A stretch of 64,000 nucleotides of DNA, taken from NCBI GenBank assembly GCA_038087875.1, contig CM075977.1:111228001-111292000 (forward strand), read 5' to 3'. Numbering within the stretch: the stretch's first letter is position 1; every line of letters starts with the position of its first letter. Positions 47,350-59,456 of the stretch are shown here, piece after piece. A program made the position numbers and the translations under genes. Below the pieces are notes generated by a model. The model was given only the letters and a program-made list of their open reading frames with translations, made no database searches and had not been told where the DNA came from. Source of the DNA: Malacoraja senta. Its lineage: Eukaryota.

Positions 47350-50300
47350 CTGGGAGTAATAAAGATGGAGTTAAAGGGGAAGTGAGTACAGGAAAAGTTA
47401 CAAAAGACTCCCGAATTAATGGAGAGGAATGTTCGAGAAGGGATAAGAGAGTAAGGTCAGGGCCAATTGTGAGCGGTGTGCGAGGGGAGGTGAATACCGG
47501 AAGTCAAAGTGTTGTATATGAATGTGCAAAGGATAAGAAATAAAGTGACGAGCTTGAGGCTCAGTTAGAAATTGGCAAGTATGATTTTGTGGGAATTACA
47601 GAGACATGGCTGCAAGAGGGCCAGGGCTGGGAACTGATATTCAAGGGTATACCTCCTATCGAAAAGCCAGACAGGTGGGCAGAGGGGGTGGGGTTGCCCA
47701 TGTTGGTGAGGAATGAAATTCACTGCCTTGCAAGGGGTGACATTAAAACAGGAGATGTGGAGTCAGTATGGATAGAACTAAGGGAATTGTAAGGGTAAAA
47801 AGACCCTAATGGGACTCATCTACAGGCCTCCAAACAGTAGCCTGGATATTGGGTGCAAGTTGAATCAAGAGTTAAAATTAGCATGTCGCAACGGTAATGC
47901 TACAGTTCTTAAAGGAGATTTCAACATGCAGGTAGACTAAGTAAATCAGGTTGGTACTGGACCCCAAGAAAGGGAGTTTGTGGAGTGTCTCTGTGATGGA
48001 TTCTTTGAGCAGCTTGTACAGGAGCCTACCAGGGGGAAGGCAATTCTGGATTTAGTGTTATGTAATGAACCGGATTTGATAAGGAAACTCGAGGTAAAGG
48101 AGCATTAGGAAGTAGTGACCATAATATGGCAAGTTTTAATCTACAATTTGAGAGGGAGAAGGTAAATTGGAGGTGTCCATGTTACAGTGAAAAAAGGGGA
48201 CTATGGAGCCATGAGGGAGGAGCTGGCCAAAGTTGACTGGTAAGATATCCAGCAGGATGACAGTGGAACAAAATGGTAGGTATTTCTGGGAATAATATAG
48301 AAGGTGCAGGATCAGTTCATTCCAAAGTGGAAGAAAGATTTCCAAGGGGAGTAAGGGACGACTGTGGCTGACAGGGAAGTCAGGACAGTATAAAAATAAA
48401 AAGAGAAGAGTACAACGTAGCAAAGATGAGCGGAAAACAAGAGGATTAGGTAATGTTTAAAAGAGCAACAGAAGACAACTAAAAATGTAATACGGGGAGA
48501 AAAGATGAGGTATGAAGGTAAGCTAGCCAAGAATATAAAGGAGGATAGTAAAAGCTTCTTTAGGTATGTGAAGAGGAAAAAAATAGATAAGACCAAAGTT
48601 GGACCCTTGAAGACTGAAAAAGGTAAATTTATTATGGGGAACAAGGAAATGGCAGATGAGTTGAACAGGTACTTTGGATCCGTCTTCACTAAGGAGGACA
48701 CAAACAATCTTCCTGATGTACTAGTGGCCAGAGGATCTGGGGTGACGGAGGACTGAAGGAAATCCACATTAGGCAGGAATGGTGTTGGGTAGACTGATGG
48801 GAGTGAAGGCTGATAAATCACCAGGGCCTGATGGTCTGCATCCTAGGGTACTTAAGGAAGTGGCTCTAGAAATCGTGGATGCATTGGTGATAATTTTCCA
48901 ATGTTCTATAGATTCAGGATCAGTTCCTGTGGATTGGAGGGTCGCAAAAGTTATCGCAATTTTTAAGAAAGGCGGGGAGAGAGAAAACATGGAATTATAG
49001 ACCAGTTAGCCTGACATCGGTGGTGGGGAAGATGCTGGAGTCAATTGTAAAAGATGAAATAGTGGCACATTTGGATAGCAGTAACAGGATTGGTCTTAGT
49101 CAGCATGGATTTACGAAGGGGAAATCATGCTTGACTAATCTTCTGGCATTTTTTGAGGATGTAACTAGGAAAATGGACAAGGGAGAGCCAGTGGATGTAG
49201 TGTACCTGGACTTTCAGAAAACATTTGATTAGGTCCCACATAGGAGATTAGTGGGCAAAATTAGGGCACATGATATGGGGTAGAGTGCTGACATGGATAG
49301 AATATTGGTTGGCAGACAGGAAACAAAGAGTAGGGATTAACGGGTCCCTTTCAGAATGGCAGACAATGACATGGGGTACCGCAAGACTCGGTGCTGGGAC
49401 CGCAGCTATTTACAATATACATCAAAGATTTAAATGAAGGGCTTCAAAGTAACATTAACAAATTTGCAGATGACATTAAGCTGGGTGGCAGTGTGAACTG
49501 TGAGGAGGATGCTATGAGAATGCAGGGTGACTTGGACAGGTTGGGTGAGTGGGCAGATGCATGGCAGATGAAGTTTAATGCGGATAAATGTGAGGTTATC
49601 CACTTTGGTAGCAAAAACAGGAAGGCAGATTATTATCTAAATGGTGTCAAGTTGGGTAAAGGGGAAGTGCAACGAGATCTGTGGGTCGTAGTTCAGTAGT
49701 CAATAAAAGTAAGCATGCAGGTACAGCAGGTAGTGAAGAAAGCTAATGGCATGTTGGCCTTCATATCAAGAAGAGTTGCGTATAGGAGCAAAGAGGTCCT
49801 TCTGGAGTTGTACATGGCCATAGTGAGACCACACCTGGAGTATTGTGTGCAGTTTTTGTCTCCTAATTTGTGGAAGAACATTCTTACAATTAAGCGTAGG
49901 TTCACAAGGTTAATTCCCGGGATGGCGGGACTGTCATATGCTGAGAGAATGGAGCAGCTGGGCTTGTATACTCTGGAATTTAGAAGGATGAGAGGGTATT
50001 CTATTGAAACATATAATATTATTAAAGGTTTGGACACGCATGAGGCAGGAAACATTTTCCTGATGTTGGGGGAGTCCAGAACCAGGGGTCACAGTTTAAG
50101 ATTAAGGGGTAAGGCATTTAGAACATTTTCACACAGAGAGTTGTGAGGCTGTGGAATTCTCTGCCTCAGAGGGGGGTGGAGGCCACTTCTCTGGATACTT
50201 TCAAGAGAGAGCTTGATCGGGCTCTTAAAGTTAGCGGAGTCAGGGGATATGGGGAGAAGGCAGGAACGGGGTACTAATTGTGGATAATCAGCCATGATCA

Positions 50301-50368
50301 CATTGAATGGCGGTGCTGGCTCGAAGGGCCGAAAGGCCTACTCCTGCACCTATTGTCTATTGTCTCTT
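47350..50368 (+). mobile_element. Long decayed CR1 LINE (APE endonuclease through 3' end)
   Basis: KVLYMN, VGITETWLQEG, GDFNMQVD, SDHN, PGPDGLHPRVLKE, QHGFTKGKSCLTNL, DVVYLDFQK and FADD motifs with many frameshifts and stops; CR1 tail. Confidence 0.93.
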
Positions 50369-50459
50369 GTCTGTTATGAGAATGATCCCAGAAATGAGTG
50401 GGTTAACATATGATGGCACTGGGCCTGTATTGATGGCACTGGGCCTGTATTGGCTGGAG

Positions 50460-51129
50460 CAGGGGCGGAAATCGCTATCAAAACATGGGGGGGGGGACAA
50501 AATTTCTTGGTGGCCACTCGCGCACACACACACATGCAGGCTTCGGCCGTGGGCCCTGTGGACGGTAACACCGGGGGCTGATCTGGTTGGTGACCGACTC
50601 CGAACTCCAGCAACAGCAGCTTAGTCCGCCCTGTATCGTGGTGCATCAATCGGCCCGTTTGTGGGGCCTTTCATCGCCCGGCATGGCTTAAAATGGGCCG
50701 CAGGATCTTCCATCACCCGGCGTTGCGATGAAAGGCCCCGCGAACGGACCAATTCAAGCTCCGCTCTATGATCTTTGCTCCACCAGGACGTCTCCCTCCT
50801 CCAATCACCGCGCTCTATCCTTAGTCCCACCCCACTACTTCCGCCTCTGACCGACACCTCCCTCCTCCAATCATCACACTGAATCATCATGTCTCGCCAC
50901 CCCCCCACTGCCTGCTGACCGACGTCTCTCTCATCCAATTGGCGCCCTTGATCATCAGTTCCACCCCCACTGTCTCGCGGAAAGCGGAGATTTTTAATAG
51001 TTTTTCAACCGAATTTCAAAATTCGGATTATAAAACATGGGGTGGATTGTCCCCCGCCTCTCAAAACATAAGGGGGACGTGCCCCACCCTGTCCCCCCCC
51101 CTGCCCCCCCCCCTGGATTTCCGCTCATG
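50460..51129. mobile_element. hAT-type MITE inserted in a CR1 fragment
   Basis: Imperfect TIRs CAGGGGCGGAAATC / GATTTCCGCTCATG; perfect 8-bp TSD GGCTGGAG at 50452-50459 and 51130-51137. Confidence 0.88.
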
Positions 51130-51648
51130 GGCTGGAGGATAGAAGGATGAGAGGGGCTCTTCATAGAAACTTACTGAATAGTGAAAGGCCTGGATCGGGT
51201 GGATGTGGAGAGGATGTTTCCACTAGTGGGAGAGTCAAGGACCAGAGGCCACAGCCTCAGAATAAAAGGATGTACCTTTAGAATGGAGATGAGGAGGTGT
51301 TTCTTTAGTCAGATGGTGGGGAATCTGTGGAATGCATTGCCACAGAAGGCTGTAGAGGTCAAGTCAATGGATATTTTTGAGGAGATTTGCCAGATTCTTG
51401 ATTAGTACGGGTGTCACAATTTACGAGCGGAAGGCAGGAGAATGGGTTTGAGAGGGTAAGATAGATCAGCCATGTTTGAATGGTAGACATGATGGGCCGA
51501 ATGGCCTAATTCATTTCACATCACTTATGAACATGACACATCTAAAGCTCATTCAGCATGAGTCCAGCATCCAGTTCCTATTTCCAGTTTACAGTATCTC
51601 CAGCTCCCTCGTCCTGCTTCTCTTGACCGGTGCCTGTCGTTCCCTCAG

Positions 51649-51996
51649 CTCCCAGCGGGAATGTCTCAGTGGTGACTGGGACTGAGGGGGCTTCGGCCAC
51701 GCTACCCTGTGTGTTCTCACCGCTTCCGCTCGACCACGTCCTGCTCGCGGTCACATGGATGAGGAAGGATCCCTACCGACACATCGTCACGTTCATTCCC
51801 CAAACTGATCGATCTTGGGCGGCGGAGAACGGAGCAACTCGGTTAGAGCTGGTCGGGAACCCAGAGCGGGGAAACGCCTCAACCAGGATAAAGCAGCTGA
51901 GGGTGGAGGACAGTGATGGCTACCTGTGTCTGGTGGAGATCGTGACCTCGACCTACCATCTGTTCCAGTGTGAGATCCAACTGCAAGTTGCAACAG
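51649..51996 (+). CDS. Ig V-set exon 2 (Siglec-15/NKp30-like), intact
   Basis: Acceptor TTCCCTCAG, donor GTAAGA, phase 1/1, 348 nt; GTEGASATLPCVF...VTWMRK...RLELVGNPERGNASTRIKQLRVEDSDGYLCLVE...IQLQV. Confidence 0.92.
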
Positions 51997-53320
51997 GTAA
52001 GAAACCCTATTAACTCACGCTGCAGTGTGCAGCGAAGGTATTTAGGTTTAGCTTTAGTGCTAGGTTTTTGTTTTATATTGTCACGTGTACCGAAGTATGG
52101 TTAAAAAGCTTTTGTTTGCAAGGCTATCTGATCAAGTCATATAATACTGTATGCGAATACAATCAAATCAAACACAAGTACCAGAGGAATTGATCGGGTA
52201 GACGCACACTCTTGCCAGAGCAGGGAACTCGAGAACCAGAGAACAATGTTTTAAGGGGAAGGGGGAAAGATTTTATTGGAATCTGAGGGGTAACTTTTTC
52301 ACACAAAGGGTGATAGGTGTATGGAACGAGATGCAGCAGCAGGTAACTGTGGCAGGTACTATCACAACGTTTGAGAAGCAATTAGACAGGTACATGGATA
52401 GGACAGGTTTAGAGGGATATGGGCCAAATGCCGACAAGTGGGATTAGTGTAGATGATAGACACAAAACACTGGAGTAACTCAACGGGACAGGCAGCATCT
52501 CTGGAGAGAAGGAATGGGTGATGTTTCGGGTCGAGACCCTTCTTCAGGCAGATCTAAACCAGCATCTGCAGTTCTTTCCTACACATTAGTGTAGATGGGA
52601 CATGTTGGTCGGTGTCAGTGTGGGCAATTTGGGCTGAAGGGCCTGTTTCCACATTGTATGACTCATTGACTCTATAGAGCAAAGAGAAAGATATCAGATT
52701 GCAGAATATGCAGAATTACAGCGTGGAAACAGGCCCTTCGGTCCACCGAGTTGGTGCCAACCAAACGTACAAACTCTGTGCAGACAGCACCCGTAGTCGG
52801 GAATGAAACCGGGTCTCTGGTGCTGTAAGGAAGCAACTCAACTGCAGTGCCAACGTGCCACCCACCCACATTACAGAAAACTAGTTTCTTCATATTGTAG
52901 GGTTACATTTCCAGAGACCATTGTCTGCAATGAGGTAGGTAGGTTGGAAAATCAGAACTGTGTCAGATCTTATGGATGGACGGGTCAGAAGTCTCTATGG
53001 AGTTTGTACGTTCTCCCTGGGACCGTGTGGGTTTTCTCCGGATGCCCCGGTTTCCACCCACACTCCAAAGACATAGGGGTTTGTACGTTACTTGGCTGCT
53101 GTAAATTGTTCCAAGGTTTTAGGATGCAAAAGTAGGATAAAATAGAATTAAGAGGGCGGAACAGCAGTAGAGTTACTGCCGCACAGCGCCAGAAACCCAG
53201 TTTCGATCCTGACTATGGGTGCTTTATATAAGAAATTTTCACATTCCCCCTCTGACCCTGTGGTTTTTTTTTCCGGGTGCTCCGGTTTGCTCCCACATTT
53301 GAAAGACACACAGGTTTGTC

Positions 53321-54192
53321 ACAAATGCCACTAGGGGCGCTGCATTGATGGCAGCCTCTGCCTACAGTCTGTCTGTTTTTCTATTTTGAAAAATGTTCAG
53401 TCTGTTTTAAAAGTGTGTTTTTGGAGGTTTCTTTAGTATTTCTACGTGGGGGAGGGGGGTAGGGGGGTAGGGTAAGGGGTAAACCATTTCCCAGTCACTT
53501 CCTGGCGAGAACGCAACTATTCCCCGAGTCGCATCCTCGCCCCCCTCCTCGGGGCCTACCACCTGGATTGGCGCGGACTTTCCTGCCGGGGACCCGGACC
53601 AGAGTTTCAGCAGCGGCGGCGGCGCGATGATACATGTATACATCGCGGAGCGGGTGATTGCTTACCTGGATCGCCGTTGAAGCTCTGGAGTGTTGGGCCT
53701 GCTGCTTCAACATCGCGGAGCTGTGGTCCGTAGAGCTTCCAGCGCGGGCGGCGCTGACTTCAATATCGCGGAGTCCTGGGGCCCTTTGCTGAGGGCCGCT
53801 AGCGTTGAATCTCCGCCCAGCGCGGCCTGTGGACTTCGGGAGCTGCTGACTCCGGTAAGAAGTGGCCGATTCGGAGGTCCAAGCCGCTGAGGATGTCCTC
53901 CCGTCCCGACGTTGGACTGCATTCACCGCGGCGAGCGGGCCTGAACATCGGGCCTCCCGTAGCGGCGACAGCGGGGTGGTTCGGGAGCCCCCCGACCACG
54001 GGAGGACAACAGTGGAGGATGACTAAAATTTGGAGCCTTCCCTCACAGTGGGAAACTTTGATCCCGCTGTGTTAAAGGCTATCGTGTTCTATGCTCTTTA
54101 TTATTCGTATGGCTGTATGGTGACAACACATTTCACTGTACCAATTGGTACATGTGACAAATAAATGTATCTTGTATCTTGTATCTTGTATT
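53321..54192 (+). mobile_element. CpG-rich non-autonomous retroelement with Rex1-like tail, inserted into a SINE
   Basis: SINE text CAGGTTTGT resumes as AATTGGCTTCTGTAAATTG after the insert; tail GGTACATGTGACAAATAAATG(TATCTTG)n. Confidence 0.65.
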
Positions 54193-54554
54193 TTGTAATT
54201 GGCTTCTGTAAATTGCCCCAAGTGTGTAGAAAGGTAGGACACCATAGAACTAGTGTACGTGTGATTATTGGTCGGCGGCGACGCTGTATCTCTAAACACT
54301 ATTCTAAGTTGGCTGCATTGTCTTGGAAAGTTTTTAGCTTCTTAAAGGTTGTTAGTTAAGAAATGGAGAGTGTTGCATCACTCCTGACTTGTGCTCTGTA
54401 AATGGTGTCATGTCTTTGGAGTGTCACAAGGTGGCTCCCTCAGACAGGATGTCATTATAGCTCTTGCGGTCACAATATTTTAGGTTTAGGGTTGTATTTG
54501 TCACGTGTGAAAAGAGAGCTTTACAATGAACAAAAGCTCTTCACAGCTTTGTTT

Positions 54555-54890
54555 CGCATGCTTTAGACATTGGACTTTAGAGATACATACTGTAGATACA
54601 GTGCGGAAACAGGACTTCGGCCCACGGAGACTGCACTGACCAGTGATCACCCTGTATACTAGCACTATTCCAAACACTGGGGACAATTTATAATTTTATC
54701 AAAGCCAATTAACCTACAAACTTGTACGTCTTTTGAGTGTGCGAGGTGACCGGAGCAACTGGAGGAAAAACCCAAGGGATCACAGGGAGAACGTTCAAAC
54801 TCCACACACAGACAACATCTGAGATTGGGATCAAACCAGGGTCTCTGGCGCTGTGAGGCAGCGGCTCTGTCAGTGGTGCCACAGTGCTGC
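54555..54890 (-). mobile_element. HE1-like V-SINE
   Basis: Complete copy on the minus strand. Confidence 0.82.
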
Positions 54891-54970
54891 ACTTTGTTGC
54901 AGGATGGTCAGTTGATGGAGCAGCTGGAAATAGTTGGGACTACAAAATGCTGGTGTTGAGATGATTAACC

Positions 54971-55144
54971 CAAGATACAAGATACAAGATACATTTATTT
55001 GTCACATGTACCAATTGGCACAGTGAAATGTGTGGTCGCCATACAGCCATACGAATAATAAAGAGCACAGAACACGATAGTTTTTAACACAGACATCCCC
55101 ACACAGCGGGATCCAAGTTTCCCACTGTGAGGGAAGGCTCCAAA
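54971..55144 (-). mobile_element. 3' fragment of the same element family as 53321-54192
   Basis: Reverse complement of 54029-54192 with a ~14-nt indel. Confidence 0.85.
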
Positions 55145-55769
55145 ATGGTACCAGAGCAAACACAACCAACTATCTTACACTGTGACTCCAGCCCATCCAG
55201 CTCTACAGTCCCCATTATTATTAATCTTCCCCACTGCCTCAATGTCAAGGGCAACTGTGTGACTAATGTAATCTGTACGCTCCATTTTGTTGGTCCTTGT
55301 TGGAGGGAATTGTGTGTTTGACCTGGATGGGCAGCACATAAAAAAAATCTCGCAGAATGGTGACGAGTTTCTCAAACAAGTCGTGTTATTCAAGGCCTTC
55401 ACACTAAATACTGGGGAACACTCTGAGGGAACCCAAAGTGTTTCAATGATTCACAGCATCAATGGGCTTTTGGTTACAATGGCCGCAAAGAGATTCTACA
55501 TTTTGAAATAATTCAACGACGCTTCTCGGCTGCTTTCATCCTTGTTTTTTTCCCCAGGACCTCTTTTACCTTCTATTCCTTGTTATTTAGAAAAGCATTC
55601 CCCCATTTGTCTGACAGTGGGTGCAATAAAGGACATGTCTATTTTCTGATCAGTTCTATTGCTCTCAACCTGGTTTTACAGCCTCCTATCTTTACTCCAG
55701 CAAGCTATGCCTTGTACTCTAAACTCATCCTAAATCTATTTATTGCCTCTCCTAGTGTGAGTATCTTCC

Positions 55770-56480
55770 CATCTCCACCCCTTTCTGCTTTCCGCTGGGA
55801 CCATTCCCTCCGTAACTCCCTGGTCAACTCATCCATTCCCACCCAAACCACCCTCTCCCCCGGCATTCCCCTGCAACCGCAGGAGATGCAACACCTGTCC
55901 TTTTACCTCCCCCCCTCGACTCCATCCAAGGACCCCGACAGTCTTTCAAGGTGAGGCAGAGGTTCACTTGCACCTCCTCCAACCTCATCTATTGTATCCG
56001 CTGTTCCAGAAGTCAACCCCTCTACATCGGCGAGACCAAGCGTAGGCTCAGCGATCGTTTCGCTGAACACGTCCGTTCAGTCCGCATTAGCCAAGCTGAT
56101 CTCCCGGTGGCTCAGCACTTCAACTCCCCCTTCCATTCACAACCAGACGTTTCTGTCCTGGGCCTCCTCCATTGTCAGAGTGAGGCCCAGCGCAAATTGG
56201 AGGAACAGCACCTCATGTTTCGCTTGGGTAGTTTACACCCCAGCGGTATGAACATTGACTTCTGTAACTTCAGGTAGCCCTTACTTTCTCTCTCCATCCC
56301 CTCCCACTCCCCCTTCCCAGTTCTCCCACTAGTCTTACTGTCTCCACCTACATTCTTTCTCTGTCCTGCCCCGTCCCCTGACATCAGTCTGAAGACGGGT
56401 CTCGACCCGAAACGTCAACAATTCCTTTTCTCCATAGATGCTGCCTCACCCACTGAGTTACTCCAGCATTTTGTGTCTAT
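55770..56480 (+). mobile_element. Penelope-like element 3' part with open GIY-YIG ORF
   Basis: ORF 55951-56277 LIYCIRCSRSQPLYIGETKRRLSDRFAEH; hammerhead core at 56389-56416. Confidence 0.9.
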
Positions 56481-57030
56481 CTGAGTATTTACTAAGTTAC
56501 CTTTAGTATGTTGGCCTCATTTTGCATCATGCTTCCCCACAATGTTAGCTCTTGGGTTAACACCAGTCCTTCACTGATATACTGGGCATGTCTCCCTCAT
56601 AATGCCCATTTTAATGTTTATCGAGTCTTTTAGGTTTAGATTTAGGTTTATTATTGCCATGTGTAACCATGTACAGTGAAAAGCTATATTTTGCACGCTA
56701 TCCAAACAGATCAGATAATAGTACACGTAAACACAATCAAACCAAACTCGAGTACAATAGGTAGAGCATAGAAGATACAGGGTGCAGAATATAGTTCTCA
56801 GCATTATAGCACACCAGTTCCACAGACAAAGTCCAATGTCCTCAATGAGGTAGAGGTGACAGTACCCTAGTATTTGCAAGGACCGTTCTGAAGCCTGATA
56901 ACAGAGGGGAAGGAGCTATTCCTGAGTCTGGTGATGCATACTTTCAAGCTTCTGTACCTTCTGCTGGAGATAGTAAAATGAATTGTCTCCATGTTATTGA
57001 TCGAGTCTGGTTTGACTTCTCTCTCTTCAG

Positions 57031-57130
57031 CCCCACAGTTTTCCTACCCTCTGATACTGTGTATTCCACTTGGAGTGAAAATCCTTGTCCTTTTGGTGAT
57101 GGGCTTCATTTTAATCAGGGACAAAATCAG
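57031..57130 (+). CDS. Transmembrane exon of the Ig receptor, with an intramembrane lysine
   Basis: Acceptor CTCTCTCTTCAG, donor GTATGT, phase 1/2 in frame with V2; (A)PQFSYPLILCIPLGVKILVLLVMGFILIRDKI(R). Confidence 0.85.
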
Positions 57131-57454
57131 GTATGTAATATTGCTGCGAGATACTTGCCTTCCGATGTCCGCAATGTGATTCATGGTCTTCTTCTGGTGA
57201 TTCATCTAAAACATTGATTCCTTTTCTCTCTCTGTAGATGCTGCCTGACCAACTGAGTGTTCTCAGTGTTCTCTCCCCTCTCTCAATCTCTCTGTGTCTA
57301 TCCATTGATATTTACGGCAAACACACTGACACTAGATCTTCCTTGACTACACCCAGCCCCACCCTGTCTCCTGCAAGATTGCCATTCCTTTCTCCCTCTG
57401 TTCTCACGATGCTTTCCCCTTTCGGACATCTGAGAAGTTATTTAAATTCATTCA

Positions 57455-57535
57455 AACTTATTCATTCAAACGTATTCATTCATTCATTCATTCATTCATT
57501 CATTCATTCATGCATTCATTAATTCATTCATTATT
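57455..57535. repeat. (TTCA)n microsatellite
   Basis: Directly visible. Confidence 0.9.
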
Positions 57536-58761
57536 CAGGAAATGTGGATCTGCACAGTCATTATCCTTTCTTCCCAGGTTTTCTCTGTTTTTCTCCGTGT
57601 CAAACCTTGTCTACCCACTCCAGCATCCAATTTGTCTATTGCACACAGCATGGAAACAGGCCCGTTGGCCCCATCTGATATAATCCCATGTGCCGGCATT
57701 TCACCCATATCCCTCTAACCCTTTCGTGTCCATTGCGGACATTGGACTTTGTCTCTGGAACTGATGCGCTACAATGCTGAGAACTATATTCTACACTCTG
57801 CATCTTCCCATTTGCTCTACCTACCGTACTTGTTTGACTTGTTATGTTGTTATGTGTAGCATAATCTGATATGATTGTTTTGCATGAAAAACAAAGCTTT
57901 TAACTGCATCTCAGTTCATATGACAATAATAAACGTGAACTTAAAGCGGAAAAGAAATTCAGGGGGTGAAGGAGGGTCCTGACCCAAAATGTTCCCTGTC
58001 CATTCCCTCCACAGACGCTGCATGGCCTGATGAATTTCTCCAGCACTCTGCGTTTTGCCCAGCATCTGCAGTTCCTTGTGTCTCCCATGCTCTGCTCCGT
58101 CTCTCCCCATGGACCTTCACATTCTTTGCCTGAATAGCTCAGATGTGATGGTATTCAGAGAATGGAGCGCTGCAAGTCCAGAAGGGGGTGAGCGAGTGAG
58201 GGTTAGGATTAGGCTTATTATTGGCATGGCTATTAAGGTACAGTGACAAGCTTTGCTTTGCATGCCACCCAATGAGATCAGATAATATGATACATAATTG
58301 CAATCAAGTGACACTCAAGTACAACAGGTAGAGCAAAGGGGAAGATCCACCAGAGATGCTCCAGGGTTCTCCAGCGATGCTGCCTGACTCACTGAGTTAC
58401 TCCAGAACTTTGTGTCATACGTTCATGTTCATAAGTTCAAGAAGCAGAATTAGGCCATTCGGCCCATCAAGTCTAAGCCACCATTCAATCATGGATGATC
58501 TAACTTCCCCTCTCAACCCACTCTCCTGCCTTCTCCCCCATAACCCCGGCACCCGTAATAATCAAGTGTCTTTCTTTGATAAACCAATATCTGCAGTTCC
58601 TTGACACACGGGGATTTCCCTCCACAGATGCTGCCTGAACTGCTGAGTTGTCACCGCCTACCCTGTAACCATTCCGTGATGCTACCAATCAATGGTTAAA
58701 AAAACAGATTTCCCTGTGGAATTACTGAAGCTCATTTTAACTGGTCTTGTTCTGTCCACAG

Positions 58762-58777
58762 AAGGAGTCGGGACTGA
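58762..58777 (+). CDS. Probable last coding exon: short cytoplasmic tail (R)RSRD*
   Basis: Acceptor CTGGTCTTGTTCTGTCCACAG at the 5' side of a non-repetitive stretch; phase 2 gives AG|A AGG AGT CGG GAC TGA. Inferred only from the splice signal and phase. Confidence 0.55.
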
Positions 58778-59456
58778 TCCACCGCTGGAGGCTGAGACAC
58801 CCATTTTCATCGTCCACATGCACATCTGCCGCTCTTTCCACACTGCCTGCCTCCGCCGATCTCAGCTGTGCTTGTGAAGGCAATCATTCGATGCGCGTTG
58901 CATGGGCCCCAAGTGCAAATTTCGTCCTGCCTACGAGCTATCCATCACAATTGTACACCACCGTGGCATTCCCACTGGGATTTATGTACGATCATTCCCA
59001 ATAATAATATTGGACATGAATACCAGTAACTAAACTTCACAAACACCCAGGGCGAGAAATTTGGGAACATCTATTTTGAGCTGAGTGCGGGGAAAGAGTA
59101 GCGAGGAGTAAGAAGGAGAGGCGATGATGAGTGTGGAGGGAATAGGTCAGGGGAGTGGTGGGATATGGAGATTTAGATTAGAGATACAGCATGGGACTAC
59201 ACCCTTCGGCCCACCGATCCACGCCAACCATCAATCTCCCACGCATATTAGTTCTAGGCTATCCCACTTGCTCAACATAAGTTGGGAATGTACCTACAGG
59301 CAGACATAATAAAAAGCATTCACGACCAAAATCAACCACAAGCGAAGAAACAGTAGAAGGATAAACAGTTGCAAACATATGTACCTTTCACAAAGTTGCA
59401 TTAATTCATAATTATTCACACAAGTATAATTGTACAGAATTGCACACAAAATTATT

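Noticed and set aside
53470-54030. CpG island / gene promoter
   Set aside because: It lies inside an insertion that interrupts a SINE and has a retroelement tail.
55535-55650. Strong acceptor TTTTTTTCCCCAG in the V2-TM intron
   Set aside because: The phase-1 reading gives 30 unremarkable codons to a stop. It could be a soluble-isoform end, but there is no supporting evidence.
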